NCBI RefSeq assembly: GCF_964204645.1
Contig: NC_134032.1
Coordinates: 8,110,275-8,174,274 of the forward strand
Origin: Tubulanus polymorphus
Taxonomy: Eukaryota > Animalia > Nemertea
Reading direction: 5' to 3'
DNA length: 64,000 bases
Under the pieces are notes generated by a model. The model had not been told where the DNA came from. It searched no databases and saw nothing but the letters and a program-made list of their open reading frames with translations. The position numbers were made by a program, and so were the translations under genes. Below are positions 14,701-28,100 of the stretch, piece by piece (the stretch's first letter is position 1; every line of letters begins with the position of its first letter).

Positions 14701-17366
14701 TTTCAAAAATAAATATTCGCACACGAAATAGTTTAAAACTCCTTTTGGAACCAAAATTATATTAGGCTGGCCCTAATTTGTTAAATTCGGAAAAGAACCA
14801 AAATAAGCACGGTCTCGCCTTCAGTTGTTAGATAGCTTAAAGAACCAAAATGAGCTTTGACTGATCTTAAGTTGCTAGTGGCCTTAGAACTGAAAAATTT
14901 AGATTGGTAAGCCTTGACTGTGCATTGGCCTCTGGCGTTTAGAAATGCTTACGTTGAATGTTCTATAAATTTGGCCCCAGGGTAAAGATTTGAAGTGGTC
15001 TACAAAACCAGCCCTGGGTTAAAAAATCATTTTTTGGGGTTCCCGATATTTTCCGTTATTGCTCCAAATATATTCAAAATTCATTTCTTTATCTATCGAA
15101 GCATTTTATGTTCAGACCAAAGTTTTGTTTTGGAATCGTGTCGGTAAACCATCTAGTGACCTACTAATAATCGACAACTTAGAAAATCGAGAATTCGTAT
15201 TTCGTTTCGCTTTGTTTATGATAGACAATGAAGAATAATTGTTACCTTTAGCTCGCATCGTCTGACACGCCGATGACGACCCACCGCCATTATTCGATCC
15301 ACTTCCACCACTTCCACCATTCGGTTTTGTGGCGCCACCTGTCGTTCCGCCTGGTTTACTGCTACCGGATGTACCGGAAGTGCTCGCAGTACCGACGCCC
15401 CCGCACTTTTTATCGCAAGACTTCTTACAATTCGCCGCCATCCACTTTGGATTCTTGGCGCATTCGCCGACTTTGGCCCATCCGACGCATTTGGTGTGAT
15501 CGTGCTTGTCCACGCAGTCCGTAGCTTGCCCGCCGCCTGTTCCGGGCGGTCCGACACCAGGCGGGTCACCTCCGCTGGACGACAAATCTACCGTACATTT
15601 CTTACAAGCCCGCTTACAATTGACCAACATGTAACCGGGGTTTTTCTTGCATTCGCCCGCTTTCGCCCAACCGGGACATTTGTCGTCTTTATTGTGACAC
15701 GGATCGGTTAGACAGTTCTTGCAGGATTTGCGACAGTTCGCCAGCATCCAAATGGCATTTTTTGAACACTCGTCTTTTCTAGCCCAGCCCGCACACTTAT
15801 CGTTCTTATCCGTACAAGAATTGCCTAAAAAGTGCGGAGAAAAATAAGGAAATAAAATGCACACAAGGCCCAGTTTTATAGCACACATTGATATTCAATC
15901 CTGTTTCAATGAGTCTTTGACCAGTTGGGCCTGATTCTAAAGTTTTTGGCGATATTCTAGGGCCTGATTCTAAAACCTAATAAATTTTGTAAATTAAAGT
16001 GAATTTCATTTTATGCCTTTATTTGTACAGCATTTTTTGTCAATTTTTTGACGCCTTATAAAACGTTACCATTATGAAACCTAAACAATGATAACCATTC
16101 AGCGTCATTTTACAAACGACAACCGTAAATCGATGTGCAAAACGTCACAGGTTTATGTGTACACATACAAGCTATTTGGCAAAATATTATTGATAAAGAT
16201 GTAGAATGGCTCCCTGGGATTATGTAATGACCTCTATTTGAACGTCGAAATGTTATATCGCATTGAATATCATGAGAAGACGTATTGTAATAGTAAAGGA
16301 TGTATGATTATATCAGGAGCGGCAGCGATAAATAGAAATGATAAGTAAATCGGATTATTCGGTTAAATGGCGGATGTATACACGATTTGGAAGTCTGATA
16401 TAAAATCAGACCCTGACATGGGGCTGCTAGTGGAATGACGAAGCTATCTACGATCTGAGTTGGGCCGGCGTGAATTTCATCGGCGGCTACAAGCGGTCTA
16501 TATAAAAACGTGTAAAATAATTTCAATATTCAAATGTTTTAGAAAATATGTTCGATATTAGACGTATGCAGGTTTCATGACATTAGCAATTTATTATAGC
16601 ATAGCTGTCATATACGGCTCCGCGTCCACTGATGGCATGTGTATAAGGTGACAATTAAATTCAATACTTTATTGATCCTTATTACATTGAAATTCCGGGA
16701 TAAAATTCCAAAAATCAATACATTTACAAATTTTAAAATAAGAAAATACAAGACACACGGGTAATTCATACAGAATAACATGAATAAGTTAATTATATGA
16801 CAATGTCTACTTCAACCCAGACTCAAGTCTAGGATATCAAGTGACAGCCAGACCGGGCCCCAGGACTGGGCTGGCTGGCTACACGATATGCTCAAAGTCA
16901 TGATGAAGCAGACATCAGAAGAGCTCTTTCTTCAACCATGGAGGCAATGAAGTTGCAGACCAGCTTAGTGGCAAAAGTGAATCGAAGTCACAAGTTGACA
17001 ATTTTTTTTTTAAATTAGACCAGTCGAAGACTGTATCATCTACCCAATCGCCAAATCTCATAATTCCCGAAATTTCTTAAAACTTCGATTTCAAATTTGC
17101 AATTCCACATTAGCTTATACCAGAAATTCTACATTTTTTCGCAGGCGTCAAATAATTTATTAAAGTTAATTTTCTTGTTCATTTCTTTGATCCAAAGTTC
17201 ACTGTTGAATTTGTTGAATTTGAACATTGTTGAATGTTGTTCACGGCACCCTGAGGTCTTGTACCGTAGAAAACAGAAAATGGATCTCACCTTGAACTTC
17301 AACGGCTACGAACACTAGCAAAATACAGACGAGCAGTAACGAAACGAGTGAAGAAGGTGCCTCCAT
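8793..17366 (-). CDS. Secreted ShK x3 + reprolysin/ADAMTS-like (M12B) zinc metalloprotease + disintegrin-like domain, 559 aa
   Basis: Exons 17291-17366, 15246-15824, 14198-14337, 13189-13278, 12574-12704, 12248-12285, 11828-11954, 10670-10783, 9907-10132, 9534-9641, 8897-8932, 8793-8807; all GT-AG with matching phases, 1680 nt total. Signal peptide MEAPSSLVSLLLVCILLVFVAVEVQG. Three six-Cys ShK repeats and a G/S linker. Catalytic-domain motifs SFCEY..DMAMYL, GSAC, HETGHLLGFMHP, Met-turn GIM, WSQC. Then LPG..C and NGKPCG..KC..CV*. Confidence 0.9.
13748..13822. mobile_element. Small MITE in intron
   Basis: ATAGAGAATCCCAC ... GTGGGATTCTCTAT terminal inverted repeats. Confidence 0.55.
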
Positions 17367-19171
17367 TTCGCCAGGAACCTCGGGGCAGTAAGGCTCCTAT
17401 TTCCCAAGTAGAGATTTAAGCTAGGTTCACCCTGAAAATTTTCATGAATAGAATTTTGGCTGGTCTGAGATGTATTTGTGGAAAGAATTAGATATCTATC
17501 AACGGAAATGAGATGCCAGTATTCAAATAAGTCAAATATCTCATTGAAAGATTTCGACGAAAGACATACGAAAATATGGCGGCCTCCCTAAATCCCATAT
17601 GACATCATTACATTTCCCATTATTACTCTGAAAAGATAGCTTCCTCCTAGAATTCCAACATGGCATCACCTCTTTATATCTATATACATAGGCCTTTCTA
17701 GAAAGATCGCTGCTTTCATAAATTCCCCTATGACATCTTCATATTCTTACTATATCAAAAGTGAATATTATAAGTGATTTTAAGACTTTTCCCTAAACGG
17801 TGAATACATTCCTTATTCTCCCCATCACATCATCAAATTGCCTAAAACAATTGATTTTGATATAAAAGATTCACACAAAACATAGGCTTGAAAAGGAATT
17901 CGATGATATGATACGGATCGAAGGAAAGCCTTTTATGGAAGTCTTTAAGGAGAACGTAGCTACTACCTACCTACCACCAGTAACTGTTTCAACGTAACAG
18001 GCCAACAGCAGAAATAGCGGGGAAATTTGAGCGGTTATTTGACTGTGTGGTATAATTAGAAAATTCAGAACAAAATAGCTGTTGCCATCAAATAGTCGTC
18101 GCTGTAGGGCACATGATGATTGCTGCAATTTATCTATAACCTTCGCATTATCAGTAAATTGTTTTCATTATGGCTGTTTTAATGTAGCAAACAATAAGCA
18201 AACACAATATTAATTGCGGGTTAAGTGTTTTTATACGGTGTTCTGGTGGGCGATGGCCGAGATGGCCGAGCTGAATGATATGCGGGCTGCTATGTATCTA
18301 CTTTTATGGACGGTGCAGGGATGCAATATAGTAATTGTGTCCAAGCTTCAGAATATGATAAAACCATTGTTAAGTTCAGTGCCGTATTTTTTTCAAAGGC
18401 TGAAGAATTGGCACGTGAATTTTTTATTTTGGCTTAAAGAAAAAGTAGAATGTTTGAACTAATTCAAGCCCATTCTAATTCTAATTCGTAACGAACTTTG
18501 GACCTGGAACTGGACCGGATTAAACCCCCGCAAGTTCATTGAAACTGGCACAGACACAAATGAAACCTACATAAACGTGAAATAGCCCAGAGATGAATCA
18601 AGCTCACACAACGTTGTAGAACTGGGCCCAGAATTAAATGAGAAGTTGCACTGTTGTAGAGGACGTGGTCAAGACAGATAATGCAACTGCGGAACTGGAG
18701 CATGGTCCAAGTTACACCAACAAACTCTGGATCCAGAGTCTATCAAAAACCACATAACTACTTAGTCCGCGGTCGTATTGACCCTGGGTCTAGTAGATCA
18801 AAAAGTACAGGGAATTTCCCTTTTCTACGTACAAGTATTACCTCCACTTATACCTGAATTAGTCACAAGGATAAAGATGATAAATGTTTTTTTTTTCGAA
18901 AATTATATTCAATTGATGAATCATGAAATCGCTTGTGATGAGATTAACAATGTTTTGTTTGACTCGCGCGTCTAAATAAGGAACACAAATTGATTAGTCA
19001 ATATACCTAGTATCGGGATGAAATATCCTTTTCGCTAAATAGCCGGACGGAAAACGCGGAACTTAAACTTTTATCAGTCGATTAACATTAACAAAAAACG
19101 TGTTCAAAGATCAAACATTTCAAAACATTCGCTTTTCATTCATTTCGCAATTATTTACCAGAGCACCGAGA

Positions 19172-22100
19172 ATGAAGCACGCACTCCAAATGGTAAGCCA
19201 CTTTTATGATCATTGAACAAAACGATTTTTGAATAAGTTTTTGAATCTCAATTCCGAAAATAGACACACTAGTTCATTTTAACAGAAAGGCGTTATTTGG
19301 TATTTTGAAATACAAAAGACACAAGAATATTGACGATTTTTGAAGATATATTTTTTACAAAAGACCTCTTGCCACCCGCAATGGCATATTTTCAAAATAT
19401 TATACGTTCTAAGAATATTTTGAAAAAAGAAAAAACAAACAAAAAAGTGTTAAAATACAAAAATGTATTATTGATCTAAGATCTATGTGATGGGTACGAA
19501 AGAATGATATTTTTTTATATCTGAGTCGCCTTAAATGGGCAAATATTTCTTGAATGATTCTTCTTCTTTTTACTTTCTTTTTTTTTGGGGGGGGGGAGGG
19601 ATACGAAAAGAAACATATGAATACGTATATTTCCAAAAATATTCATCATTGTCGTTACGTATTGTATGCATTCCATTTTGTAAGCCTGCGCATTTGTTCA
19701 GTATTGACTTTTATGTGAATTTTGCAGTTAATACCCGTTACTAATCTCAGTCACAGTACCTCAATAAATAGGTCCGATTTCCTGTACTGGGATTCATGTT
19801 ATGTAGAGAGAGAGAGAGAGAGAGAGAAATAAACTACTGTTATAACTGAAATGTACCGTCCTCGTCAGTCTCTACAACCATTTCAATAACATGATTACCT
19901 GCCGCTTTACTTTTTAAATCACTGGTATATACATTTTACAGGGTTGTATAAGGATAATAATTTGTGTCGCACTGGTGGTCGCTGCTGCTACAGCGAATAA
20001 GCGAGGTAAGACAGTCATATAGGGCTGGGACAAGATACGAGGATACAGTTCATCCAGCATAGTTGGTTACGTTTAGGGTTAGGGTTATAACTATCACTAC
20101 ATATATATTGCTATAGTTCCCTATTCTTGAATCGCACCAATACAGTTTATCCCCGAATAGGAACAGTGAAAAGTGAAACTATTCATTTTTATTTTCAATT
20201 CGAACATTGAGGACTTTGAAAAATTGTTTCGTTATTTTCACAGGTCGTAAGTTGAGATTTAGAATGAAACTCAAAGTTACCCACCAAACACTGTTAAACT
20301 GGATCCTAATCATGAAAATTGATTGTGATTTCATTGAAGTTTTTCACAGGTTTTACATACTATCAGAACTTATAGGAGAGTGAATGCCCTCGCCTAATAC
20401 TAAACTAAAATACAATCCCTAAAGCATAATTCTAATCGTAATACGAATTCTAATCGTCCTTAAGAATATTTTGAGATTAATTCCGAGTTAGTTTTTTTAT
20501 AGTTAAAGGTGATTTTTGTAAGTTTAATCCGCGAGTTTGTAACTTGGAATAAGTTTTCTCAGTTAAAAGCGATTTTTGGAGGTTTATTCCGAGTTACAAA
20601 CTCGGAATAAACTCGTTCTTTCAGTTAAAGGTGATTTATGAGATTGATTCCGAGTTTGTTACTTGAAAAAAACTAGTTTTTCTAGTTCAAAGTGAAAAAA
20701 ACCTAGTTTATTCCACAAACGCGGAATTGACCTCAAAAGTATTTCGATAGATACGTCCAACGCACACTTCCGTATCGTGATTTTCTATCCTTCTATTCTT
20801 AATTTCCATCAATTTAGATAATGTATCTATCAATATTATCTAAATCGAGCGATGAAATAATTAAATCAACATTTAAAACGTTCAATATCCAATATGAACA
20901 GTTTTCATCGACCAAAGGCAATTACTGATCGGGAGAGAATGAAAATCCTTCCTGGTTTTTAAGCGCTAGCTCGACATACATTCAATCGGAATCCAGTCCA
21001 TCACACAAAAAACAGCTAAAAAGTTGTTCGTGTTCGACTTTAAAAATCCAATTCTCATGAGAAAAAAATTGTTTTATTACATTTTTTCTGGGCGAGTCAT
21101 GCCTTTCTCAGGTGGAGGTCGTTTTTTATGCGCAGTCACCAAAACCCGGCGACTTTTTCGAAAATTGTAAATGTTCAACAGAATATTAAACAATCGAACA
21201 TATCCTATCCGCGAAGCTTCAGACTTTTGTAATCAACTGGGGGTAAGTTCCATAATCGAGACTTTAGACTGAAGTGGTCTAAGACTGGACTTGTTGTTAG
21301 ATAAGCTATAGAAATAAGATGGTCTTAGACTAGTCTTAAGTCAAAGCCCTGACTATTGAACTAGCCCATGAAGCTAAAGCTCTTTCTTTTAACATTTAAT
21401 AATAAGTCTATGTATCCGTGCACGTTCGCCTATCTTTTCTAAAGCTCTTATGAGTGTTTTTCTTTTAATTCCGAATGTTCATAAGTTGTCGAACAACTGT
21501 TTTTAAATTTTTAGAAATATTCCTTTGTAATGATCGTTTAACAAACAAAATCAGAGATTATTCAAATATGTGTCCCTCGTGCCTTAGATAACATGTGTAA
21601 ATTCTATTGGGATCTACTTTCGTGTCCAGAATAATCGAACCCGCTTGAACTTGGCATCTTGGTGTAAAATCCTGTTACTAGCACCTTGGAGTAATCATTT
21701 GACAAATTTGTCAAATGATTACTCCAAGCTAGCACGTAAATGTATGAATGGTTTCGCTCCACCATACTTTAAGGAACTTGTTACTCTGTACACCTAATCG
21801 CGTTCCTTGCGATCTGCGGACAACTTACTACTGGCGCGCAACCCAGAAGTAGGCTGGCCTCGCTTGGAGACCTTGCTTCCTCACCTACATCGGTGCAATA
21901 ATATTCCACGTTAAATAATTGCGCAGCCAGCAGCGCCGCGGTCTTTTCATTCCATTGTTCGACTGCCGAAATCGTGTAATCGACTGTAACTTCTTTCAAA
22001 CGATCGTTTATTTTCCCATGAACTCATGAACTTGTGTTTTTTCGACGTGACGACGACATATTGGTTTGGAAAATACGATTAGTGATTCCCACGGCAAACC

Positions 22101-25100
22101 TTCGAAGTTCGGATTTGACTAAGAGTTAACTTTAACTCACAACTGTGAAACGGGGTCCTGATTATGTTTCATATTGACATTGTATGACCTTCGCAAACAA
22201 TGACATCACACGCAAGACCTCTACACGCGGCGATACTGAACGCCAGGATATAGTCTCACAACCAAATTACCCCACATCGGTTCTGATAATCTTCTGGCAC
22301 TATATCGATAATCCGTGTCTGCTGGTTGCAAATTCAGGACCCAGTTCTACAGTTGCGAGTAATGTAGTTAACTCTGAGTTGAAATTACTTAATCTTAGAA
22401 CTTCAATCTTAGATCAGTCATCTTAACTCGGAACTGTGGAACTAGACCCTGATCTAAGAGGGTTCAATCATTACCAACACGTTTACTCCGCGCACAATTG
22501 TTTCTTCCAGGTGAAATTATTTCCCTATAATAATGTTCCTAATTGTATTTTCTTCTTTTTCCACAGAGCCGGAGCCTCCGGTGATCACCGAAGGCCCTAG
22601 CGACGTGATCAACAGTGTCAATTTATTTCTGCAATGTCAGGCGTCCGGGTACCCGAAACCGAAGTAAGCTTCCTGAAACGTGAAACCTAGCAATCAATTG
22701 ATGTCTCAAATGTATACGAATTTCCCATACAATTCAGCCGCAAAAAGATACGACACGATGCCCAGAAATCATGGACGGCATCACATTTTTAGTTCAGATT
22801 GTTAGGCCGATCGTTCAAAAGTTACTTTCAAGTTCAAATTCAAAGATTACCGTCTAAAGTCTACTCCAGATCTGACTAAATGATCGATCAGATTAAATCT
22901 AATGAAAAAAATTTCATAGCAGCAATTTGAAGAAGCGAGTTATTTGATATGGGTGGCTGGCTAGTCATCTTTTCTGTACGAAATATAGGGGCCACTTTTT
23001 GGGAGGATATAGGAAGTAATTTGATGATGGCATTAGGATTAGGCAGCCATTTTATTCGGGTAGGATTTATACGGGTTAAGGGGACCGTGCGCTAAGATGG
23101 CAGTAACCTTTTCTGATCGGGTCTGGGTTGAGTACAGGGGATTAGTGAACGCAGGCTCTGAGCAAGGGTCTATCGGGGTAGCCTAATTCGATGATGTCAT
23201 AGGAGAGTTGTTGGGCCAGCCATGCTCTAGAGAACAATCTTATTTCACCAGCATCACGTGGTATAAAGATGGAGAATCGTTAAAAAAGGTGGCTGCTGAA
23301 GATGAGGCGGGTGACATCACTGTTCGACCTTCGCAGCGGGAATTCGGGGCTGACGGCAAATTCAATGTCAAGACCGGGTCGTTACGCATTCGAATGGGTG
23401 ATACTTGGAACGGTAATTTTTACTGCGTGGCTGAAAACCAGTACGGAAACGTAACATCTAAAACGGTCAATTTTGAAAAACCGGGTAAGCATTCTCTAGT
23501 ATCGTGATACATAAGTGGTAAAACTAAAAGAAATTAGTCGAATTTCAATATTCCATAGTTTTGGGTTATGGGGAGCGTTATTCAAACCCTTTAAGTCCAG
23601 TTGTCGAAAATTAAATTCAAAAGTGATCTTAAATGAGTTTTGCAGTTGCTTAATTGGCTGTATGAAACTTAAATAGACGTAATCAGGCCTTGTGCACAAC
23701 TGGCCTTTGTTCAGTAATTGTGTGTTAAATGAAAGAAAGAAAATCAAATTTTAAAACTGATTACAAAATATTTCGGAAATTTTACGTAAATCGGCGACTG
23801 ATAGCGACCCGCGTGCACTTATTAACTCAAATATTTATGACGTCATAGTTTTAGAAGAGCGACGAAGTTACAAGACATACAGTGAGCAAGTTAATCAATA
23901 CACTAAACTGGAACTGGACTGCGACCCGGACAAAATCATAAGTATAGTTCCCGAACGGTACGCCAAGCGGAGCTGGGTGCTTTATTCGGGACCGGACTCG
24001 GACAACGGCGGATTACATGCGCACCCGATCGCAGACGATTACCGAAGATTCGTCACAGATGACGGTAAAACTAGTTTTTAAAGTTCTCCATAAAAAGAGT
24101 GTAAAATGAATTAAGATATTTTGACTGTAGAGTCAAATTCAGAGCGGTGGAACTGGGGACTGGTTATTGCAATCCATTTTTTCCACAAGGCCATGGGGGA
24201 ACCTAATTCCGTTGGTGACTCGAATGACTATAATCTCTAACTTCTCCAACAGAATTCATCTAAGTTTTATCTTACGTAGTGAAGTTACATAATGTTTTTT
24301 CAAGGTGTTCAATTCATACCTTAAGCATCGTCAAGTGGAATTTCCGAATGATAATGTCATATTAGTTTATTGACATCATATTTTACAAAACATAATCTCG
24401 CCACGCATGATAACTTCCTTATTCTTTAACTCTTATCAAACTATTTTCTTGCACAATCATTCTAAAATTGTGTAATTCTGAAGAAAAAAAAATCTTTTAA
24501 AAGGTCTTCACGATTTCAAATGAGAAATATATCTGTTGTTTACCATTAAACCGAGTAAAACTTCTCGACGATTCAAACGTTCTTTTTTCTACCTACAATG
24601 TGTGTAAAGCCCACCTATACGGCGCAGGGAAACACGGGGAAAGGCTGTGCAAACAGAACTTAGTCAAGTTAACTACCACTGTAAAATAAGAATTTAAAGA
24701 AGTTAACTAGATCTAATCAAAAGTTACGAACCTTTGCTACTAGTGAATGGGTAAGTGCGTATCCCACTCATTGACCCGATGAAGCGCTACGCAAGTAGCG
24801 AAAGCTCATCGTACTTTGGATAAAATCTAACCGACAAAGTATTAATTTTTGCCTTTGCGTTTACTGATTTGACGCGAGGATAATACGGCTCTCCCCGCGG
24901 CCCACCTCGTGATTGTAACCGTGATAACTTCGTTTTTCCTCGTCAATTACTTCAGGTAAACTGATTATCGCCAATGTAGATAAACAAGACGAGGCGTTGA
25001 ATCAACGATACTACGTTTGCGAGGTGACCAATCGACTTTTGGCAACTAGAAAATACGCGTCGAAATGGCACGTCAGCGTAAAATCCAGCGGTGAGTGATT

Positions 25101-28100
25101 TAAAGACGACGGGAGCGAAATCTAACGAAAATATTTCACCACCCGAAATTGAACTCGGTGAAAAAAAAACAAACAGATTAAAAGCGATTGGGCATTAGAG
25201 AAATCTATACACAATATGAAACAGGCCCGTAGCGTGAGGGATCACGACTAACCACCCAAAATCCTGATAAGTCCCTTTAAAAAAAGATTGAATTAGATAA
25301 GGCGTACCCCGGCTCTTTAGGCCTACACATGTAGATATGACTGGCGGCGAACTCCATAAAATGCAAGCATATTTTGCCGTAAGAAAGTGACTTAACCTTC
25401 GAGCGCTTTTTCAAAATGCCCGCCATTATAGGTTAATGATAATAATCTTTATCTACATTGAAATTATAACATAATATAACACTCAGTTTTATAGATACAT
25501 AATTAAATAGATATATAAATATGTTACAGAAGTTATAATATCGATGAAGGTGCCCGAGAAGCAAGATGCTTGTAAATAGGGTCACCTCAATCTTGGAGTA
25601 ATCATTTGACAAGTGCAAGCCTCAACACACTGCTACAATCACACAATCACAAAGTTTTTCGCAATAAATGTATCTTTAACAGGTAACAATCAAGCCCAGG
25701 GCTGGAAACTATTCTACCCGCCGAACTACGTCACTCCCATTGAGATACAGGCACTGGAAGGCGAGGATATACAGTTCAGATGCGCTTTCAGTGGCTTGTA
25801 AGTAAAGTGGTTTAGGTATAGGCCCACTTCATATGGCTGCCTTCGTAAATCCTCCTATGACTGTCATATCAGGCAGTTTATGGGGGCAGTCATTTTTTCT
25901 GCAAGTGTCTTTAGAGGTAATTTCGGCGACTTCGTCATTACGAGGTAAAACTTCGCAATGAAATTCGAGAAGAGTTAAATGTAAGTCCCAAAATCACGAA
26001 ACCGAAAATTTGTTGGAATTTATCCCCAAAAAAAAACTGAAGCTTCGGTTTTCCGCTGAAAACCATGATTGCGGGACTTACAATTCTACGTTACCGTTAC
26101 ATTGCAAGTGAACAAAAAAAATCCAAGGAATAGACTAAAATTCAAGAAATACGAGGTGATACGAATTCAAAAGTTGCTCACAACTGTGAATTTGTCTCTA
26201 GTGAAACGTCGAGTTCGAAACGTCGTGTCCTGTATTTCAAATTTAAATTTGAATCGTTTTTGAATCAACAAATATTGTTCTTAGATTTCTACATAGTACG
26301 TTTTATATCATATTATCTTTTTTTCGCCACGTTTGATTGTGGCTATTCTACTGTCGAAAATTCTCAACTTCCAGCGAGGAAGTATGGTGGCTGATAAGGG
26401 CCATAGCGTAAAATTCCTGGTATGTTAATGAAGGCGCCAGAACGCCAGAACGCCAAAACGAAAAAAAAACGTCCATTTTCACTGAAAGTTCGTTTTGTCG
26501 CGCCAAAACAAAGAATATTCCGTTTTGGCACCCTCGCCAAAACGAACTTTCATTTTGGCGCCCCCGCCAAAACAACGAAAAACGTCGAAATTTCTCTAAA
26601 AGTTCGTTTTGGCGCGCCAAAACGGAGAATATTCCGTTTTGGCGCCCCCGCCAAAACAACGAAAAACGTCGAAATTTCTCTAAAAGTTCGTTATGGCGCG
26701 CCAAAACGGAGAATATTCTTTGTTTTGGCGCGCCAAAACGAACTTTCAGAGAAAATTTGACGTTTTTTTCGTTTTGGCGTTCTGGCGTTCTGGCGCCCTT
26801 ATTTACATACCAGGAATTTTACGCTATGGCCCTTATCAGCCACCAAAAAGGAAGTGTTTGATCTGAGAAAAGTTCCTCGCGCGATATGTTGACTATAGTT
26901 TCTCTAAGCAACTTGTTTTCGCTTTTTTTCAGACCGATACCGCGGGTATTTTGGTACAAAGACAATGGATACGAGCCACTGGCGAAAAATCAACTGGCCT
27001 TCGCGATCAAGAATGTCCGGGTCGAAGATGAGGGCAGCTACCATTGTAAACTTGACCCTAGACACGGTTACACCGGGACTCAACCCACATTCAAACTTCA
27101 AGTTGACTGTAAGCCTAGATTTCCATACTTACCCTGGTATTGCCGCTTGGTCCACTCTTTGAGTAAGCTTACAGTCGTACTGGGTCAGTTACCGGAAGGT
27201 TGTATACAATTCAAACCGTTGTTTGATACTTTTTCTTCGGTAAACTGACTTATCACGAGCAGAGCCAGGATTTTTGGGAGGTGGAGGACGACTAAAGAGC
27301 ACAAAATTAATCGCGAAACCAAAAGGGGTGCGGGGGAATTTTGAAATTTTGGCGTTCTCCAAGGTCCGAAGACTATTTGATGGTTGCTATTCATATTTCT
27401 TCACATAATTAAACAAGAAATTTTTTTCTAAAAGATTTGAGTCCGCCTAAAATGTAGGGGGAAACCAGTCCCCCTGGGTCCGCCCTTGCTTATGAGACCT
27501 GACGAGGTAATCTACAGGTTTGGGCGTGGTTACCTGATGGATGACGGACGTCATAACTATAATTTCCGTTAGATGGCGAACTAATGCTTTGATTGGATGC
27601 TGCCTTACAGTCGTTTAAATGCACAGGTACTCATTGGGAGTGCTGGGGTGTTATATTCCCTATGGCCAAGGGGTCAGTTACTTAGTCCTTTTTATTTGAA
27701 GTAGAAAACACAATAAGTAAGAAGAGCTAAATGAGTATTTGACGTTTTGATCCAATTCTATGGGCCATTTTCAAAAACTGTTTTTGAAAATGGCGACCAG
27801 AATCGGGTCGAAACGTCAAATGTTTACCTTGCCCATTTAGTTACTTTAGTTTTTCATAATTATTGTGGGTTTCTTTATATTTCAAATAGGACAGTCACGC
27901 GTCTTGTTTAAGACCGTATATTGACAATTATACGTTTTTCTACGTGTAAATATTCCGAGAGTGTTTTTTGGTATAGCTTTTTTCTCGAGTAGATGTTCAT
28001 GCCAAAGCCTATGGTGTTCGTGCTTAGACTCGATCGAGTAAAACGAAGCGCTTATCAGAAACGTAAATCATACAAATGAGAGTTTTTTTCCGTCTCTTCA

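Noticed and set aside
15112-15888. ORF-track version as a standalone single-exon ShK protein
   Set aside because: Both ends run into introns; the true exon is 15246-15824 with a separate signal-peptide exon.
20072-20087. TTAGGG repeats suggesting telomere
   Set aside because: Only two to three units; a common component of interspersed elements.
26348-26760. Repetitive ORFs (FWRGRQN / FGAPAK), also at 52727-53718
   Set aside because: Translations of the MITE internal repeats.
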